A stretch of 64,000 nucleotides of DNA from a virus. The stretch is taken from IMG/VR virus record IMGVR_UViG_3300033146_003076, positions 14,864 to 78,863 of that record; one strand, written 5' to 3'. A program made the position numbers and the translations under genes. The notes under the pieces were generated by a model. It was not told the origin of the DNA. It searched no databases and worked only from the letters and a program-made list of their open reading frames with translations. Positions 60,586 to 64,000 of this stretch are shown piece by piece. Every line of letters begins with the position of its first letter. Positions within the stretch are counted from its first letter, which is position 1.

Positions 60586-61473
60586 ATGGCTAAACCTGTA
60601 ATAGACTTAATCCTTGGCGATGCTTTAATGCATGACCATACTTATACTGGCGAAGCTGAACGTAATGTTGGTGGAATCAGTGAGGGTGATGTTTTTACGA
60701 ACAGCACTCTTGAGGCAATGTGGGATAAATTAATAAAACAGGAAAAGTTTCCTATTTTAACTAATCCTAGTTCTGGTTTTACAAGTAATCAGACAGGGTA
60801 TAAAGAGATTGGTTCAATTTTATCCATAACTTTTTCGGCAAGTTTTAACCGTGGAAGTATTAACCCACAATATACTGCAACAAGTCCATTTCGTAGTGGT
60901 TTACCAAATGAGTATCAATATACTGGAACTGGTTTATCTAATCAATTCAAAACTGATTTAACTGATTCACAGGTTGTTACTGGTTATACTGTTGTTATTG
61001 GTTCACAATCTTGGCGAGGTCGTGTAGCTTATGATGCTGGTGTTCAACCAAAATCTAGTTATGATAATGATTATGATTCACCTTTGAGTGCTGGTAACAC
61101 TTCCTATACAACTAGAACAATAACTGGTGTTTATCCTTATTATGCCACAACCGTTTCACTTACTGTTTTAACAAAACAATCTTTAACTTCAATGTCTAGT
61201 GGTTATGTTCAGACTGATGTTGTTGCTGAAGATGGTACAAATAAACAAACTGTTGATTTCCCTGATGTTTGGAGTACTATAACTGGTATTCAGTTTTATA
61301 ATACTGTATCTTCGACTTGGGAATGGATTAATGGTAGTAAAGCTAATAGTTTATTAACATTTACTGTTACTTCAACAACTCACACTGTTCAGGGTAATGT
61401 TGTAAATTATTCAAGATATACTAATAATAGTAGTACTATTGGTGCTCGTCAATTACGGTGGTACACAACATGA
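60586..61473 (+). CDS. Virion structural protein (Ig-like, S/T-rich)
   Basis: Composition; TITGVYPYY. Confidence 0.55.
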   Translation: MAKPVIDLILGDALMHDHTYTGEAERNVGGISEGDVFTNSTLEAMWDKLIKQEKFPILTNPSSGFTSNQTGYKEIGSILSITFSASFNRGSINPQYTATSPFRSGLPNEYQYTGTGLSNQFKTDLTDSQVVTGYTVVIGSQSWRGRVAYDAGVQPKSSYDNDYDSPLSAGNTSYTTRTITGVYPYYATTVSLTVLTKQSLTSMSSGYVQTDVVAEDGTNKQTVDFPDVWSTITGIQFYNTVSSTWEWINGSKANSLLTFTVTSTTHTVQGNVVNYSRYTNNSSTIGARQLRWYTT

Positions 61474-62390
61474 GCAGAGAAAAAGGTTTAGCATCATTTT
61501 CAGCAAATTTCGAGTCCCAGATGGCTTCACCTATTGATGCTCGTATGATTGTTGATACTAAAGCTGATTTATTATTAACTGATACTTGGACTGCTAATGA
61601 TGGTGGTGTTTATACTTATTTAGGTATGATTGTTGCTGTTCATTCAGATTCAATTGATGCTAATAATGGTGTTTATCGTTTAATTGCTGCTAACTATGCT
61701 TTGGAGTCAAGTTGGGAAGCTGTTGGTGGTACTGATCCAGAAAAATATTTACAATACACTGATACTTTTACTACAACTGATTGGGCTGGAAGTGTCCCAC
61801 CATATTATTTAACATATTTAGCTGCGACTCATTTACAAGGTGAGACACAGAATTTAACAACTACTATTAAAAAAGATAATGGAGATAATACCTTCGATGA
61901 TGTCATTGTTGATATACGAACATCTAATGTGGGTAACATAAATATATATTCAAATATTAAATTTGGCGGAGTGATTAATATCGGAAAAATAGGTGGACTA
62001 GGAAATATCAATTTTGTTGATGCAAAGAAGGATGGTGTTGGTTGTAGTGGTGACGCTGGTGATGGTAATGTTATTGTTGCAGGTGTAAAGTTTTTTATTG
62101 ATATTCCTTATAATTGTACTGTATCAAGTTGGAGTGTTACTAGTGGTTCAGGTGAAAGCGGTAATATTGCTTTTGATGTTCGGAAAGCTAATGGTTCAAT
62201 TCCTACTGTTAGCGATAGTATTTTAGATAGTAATTATTTAAATTTAAGTGGACAAAGTTATAATCAAAGTTCAAATTTAAGTGGATGGACAACTGTCACT
62301 TTTACTGCTGGTGATGTGTTATGTTTTAGTGTAGTTGATGATTCAACGATACAAAAAGTGGTATTAAATTTATGGGTGACTAAAGAATGA
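61470..62390 (+). CDS. Virion structural protein
   Basis: PIDARM...YLGMIVAV and IPYNCTVSSW...FDV motifs. Confidence 0.6.
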   Translation: MSREKGLASFSANFESQMASPIDARMIVDTKADLLLTDTWTANDGGVYTYLGMIVAVHSDSIDANNGVYRLIAANYALESSWEAVGGTDPEKYLQYTDTFTTTDWAGSVPPYYLTYLAATHLQGETQNLTTTIKKDNGDNTFDDVIVDIRTSNVGNINIYSNIKFGGVINIGKIGGLGNINFVDAKKDGVGCSGDAGDGNVIVAGVKFFIDIPYNCTVSSWSVTSGSGESGNIAFDVRKANGSIPTVSDSILDSNYLNLSGQSYNQSSNLSGWTTVTFTAGDVLCFSVVDDSTIQKVVLNLWVTKE

Positions 62391-64000
62391 CAATTTATAA
62401 TGTAGACGTAATTTTAGGGGACAATAGTGCTGGCGATGGTTCATGGGGAAATCCTTATCTAAGTCCTAATCATGTTTTAACATTTTGTGCATCAGATGAT
62501 GAAATACATATTAAAGAAACAGGTCCTCACACAGTTATTACTGCAGACTGTACTTTTACTAATAACAGTAAATATATTGAAACTGCGACAGATTTAACTG
62601 GAAGTTTAAGTGTAGGAGATTATATTGGAAAACCAGACGCTGTTGGTAATGGTACTGTTGATGGTTCTGCAATGGAACGATTTGGAAGGATTGAATCTAT
62701 TACCAGTACACGAATTACTTTGGAATGTTATTATTATGGTTTAACTGAAACAGTTTCTAGTATTAAACAAGCCCATCCTATTGCTATTGCAGAAGTAAAT
62801 CAAGCCTGTCTTTATGCAACAAGAAATATTGATAGAATTATATTTAAAGGTGGTTATGATACTGAGACAACTCAAAATGGTGAAACTTGGATTAAACCAA
62901 ACGGTTCAATGACAACTTATTCTGGAATAGATGCTAGTAATGCTGGTTATTTATTTGCGAGTGAAGTTGATAGAATTAATTTTGTTGATGTTGAATATTT
63001 AAAAGAACGGGCAGTAGGAACTATTTTTACTAACTGTTTCACTTGGACTTATAAGGCGTTGTGGGTTAGTGGAACAAGTTCAAGTAATCCGGCTAAATTT
63101 ATTAATTGTATTATTGCAAGTGAAGGTGCTCAAGGATATTATGCTTATGGTCTTAAATATGAAATTACTGATTCTATTCTATTTGGAGATAAAGGAACTT
63201 ATATTCACATGGGTGTTTCTCATCATGGTCAAAGATTTATTCGAAGTAAAATATATGCGATGTCTGCTGGTATTCAGTCCTGGAGTGCTAATACTCCTTA
63301 TGGTCATTATTTTGAAGATTTAGAAATACATTATTGTACCACAGGTTTAAATGTAGGTAATGTTCCATTATTAATTGATGGTATAAAATTTTATAGTTGC
63401 GGTGACGGGGTAAGAACAGGTGCCGGTGGGGATGGGTTAGTAGTTCAAAACTGTGAATTTCACGATTGCACAGGTGATGATATAGATATTCTTCAAGCTG
63501 CGAATGTTGTGTGTATAAATAATATTCATAGGAACTCTAATGATTGCATTCAAACAGATGTTTATTGTGGTGGAATTAAAGCTATAAATTGCGATTTTGG
63601 TAATCCAAGCAGTTATGCATTTAAAGCAGCATACCAGACAGTTGGTAATGAAGTAATTGATTGTAGTATTGATGCAGGGTATGAAAATAAATTAATTTAC
63701 GACCCTAATTCGACACGAGATACATTAGAACCAAGATACATTTTAAGTGGAACTAATGCAGATTATTATTTCGCAGAAGGAAGTTATTATCCTAAATATA
63801 GTATTGTTAAATCTACTAATGTGCACAGTAGTTATCCAAGTCTGAAAATTCAGATGAAATCTACATATACATATCTTGAAAAAGATGGTAAAATATTTTC
63901 TACTTATGTTAAGGTAGGTACTGGTAAAAAGATTAGTTTTTATTATAAAATGGATTCTGGTTGGGTTGGCACTATTCAATTCAAAGCAAGAAATAATGGA
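62387..64000 (+). CDS. Right-handed beta-helix (pectin-lyase-like) adhesin, 3' partial
   Basis: MTIYNVD..GDNSAGDGSWGNPY start; NC.F repeats; reads in frame at both ends, and a stop-less ORF would explain its absence from the ORF track. Confidence 0.7.
   Translation, partial: MTIYNVDVILGDNSAGDGSWGNPYLSPNHVLTFCASDDEIHIKETGPHTVITADCTFTNNSKYIETATDLTGSLSVGDYIGKPDAVGNGTVDGSAMERFGRIESITSTRITLECYYYGLTETVSSIKQAHPIAIAEVNQACLYATRNIDRIIFKGGYDTETTQNGETWIKPNGSMTTYSGIDASNAGYLFASEVDRINFVDVEYLKERAVGTIFTNCFTWTYKALWVSGTSSSNPAKFINCIIASEGAQGYYAYGLKYEITDSILFGDKGTYIHMGVSHHGQRFIRSKIYAMSAGIQSWSANTPYGHYFEDLEIHYCTTGLNVGNVPLLIDGIKFYSCGDGVRTGAGGDGLVVQNCEFHDCTGDDIDILQAANVVCINNIHRNSNDCIQTDVYCGGIKAINCDFGNPSSYAFKAAYQTVGNEVIDCSIDAGYENKLIYDPNSTRDTLEPRYILSGTNADYYFAEGSYYPKYSIVKSTNVHSSYPSLKIQMKSTYTYLEKDGKIFSTYVKVGTGKKISFYYKMDSGWVGTIQFKARNNG

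Larger units (their letters stand above)
1..64000. mobile_element. Archaeal tailed virus (Caudoviricetes-like) genome segment
   Basis: Terminase, portal, tail and tape-measure genes together with MCM, archaeal BRE/TATA promoters and dense small ORFs; no host housekeeping genes. Confidence 0.93.

Noticed and set aside
1-64000. Alternative genetic code
   Set aside because: Long conserved genes are intact under the standard code, and TAA, TAG and TGA all appear as stops

Overview
The window is about 64 kb of a very AT-rich (roughly 25-30% GC by eye) tailed dsDNA virus (Caudoviricetes-like) that almost certainly infects an archaeon. Evidence: an archaeal MCM helicase, BRE+TATA promoters (e.g. 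AAACGAAACATTTATATA), GGAGG/GAGGTGA ribosome-binding sites, oligo-T terminators, and C2H2 and wHTH proteins. A DPANN-type host is plausible but is inference only. Layout: 1-12.5 kb (+) head-tail joining, tail tube, chaperones, tape measure and tail tip/adhesins. 12.5-50 kb (-) glycosyltransferases, nucleases, RNA ligase, DHH phosphoesterase, SSBs, intein-containing MCM, PAPS-reductase-like protein, AAA+ ATPase and about 50 small early genes with a candidate origin at 40.4-40.7 kb. 50-64 kb (+) ncRNA/tRNA-like genes, a C5 methyltransferase, terminase, portal, a dead-ligase/LAGLIDADG fusion, papain protease plus holin-like gene, and adhesin-like proteins. No major capsid protein, DNA polymerase, primase or integrase was recognised in this window. 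The most notable findings are: (1) an MCM intein whose HNH homing endonuclease is a separate gene nested out of frame, with both frames open; (2) a dispersed regulatory system of an oriented 18-nt motif resembling SP6/T7 promoters (10 copies) plus an 18-bp palindrome (at least 12 copies) ahead of minus-strand genes; (3) G:U-supported RNA hairpins whose loops display anti-Shine-Dalgarno or anti-start sequences; (4) a promoter-driven structured ncRNA and a tRNA with a non-canonical insertion; (5) apparently catalytically dead RNase HII and DNA ligase homologues and a relic of a second terminase. All family assignments come from motif recognition by eye, not from database searches.
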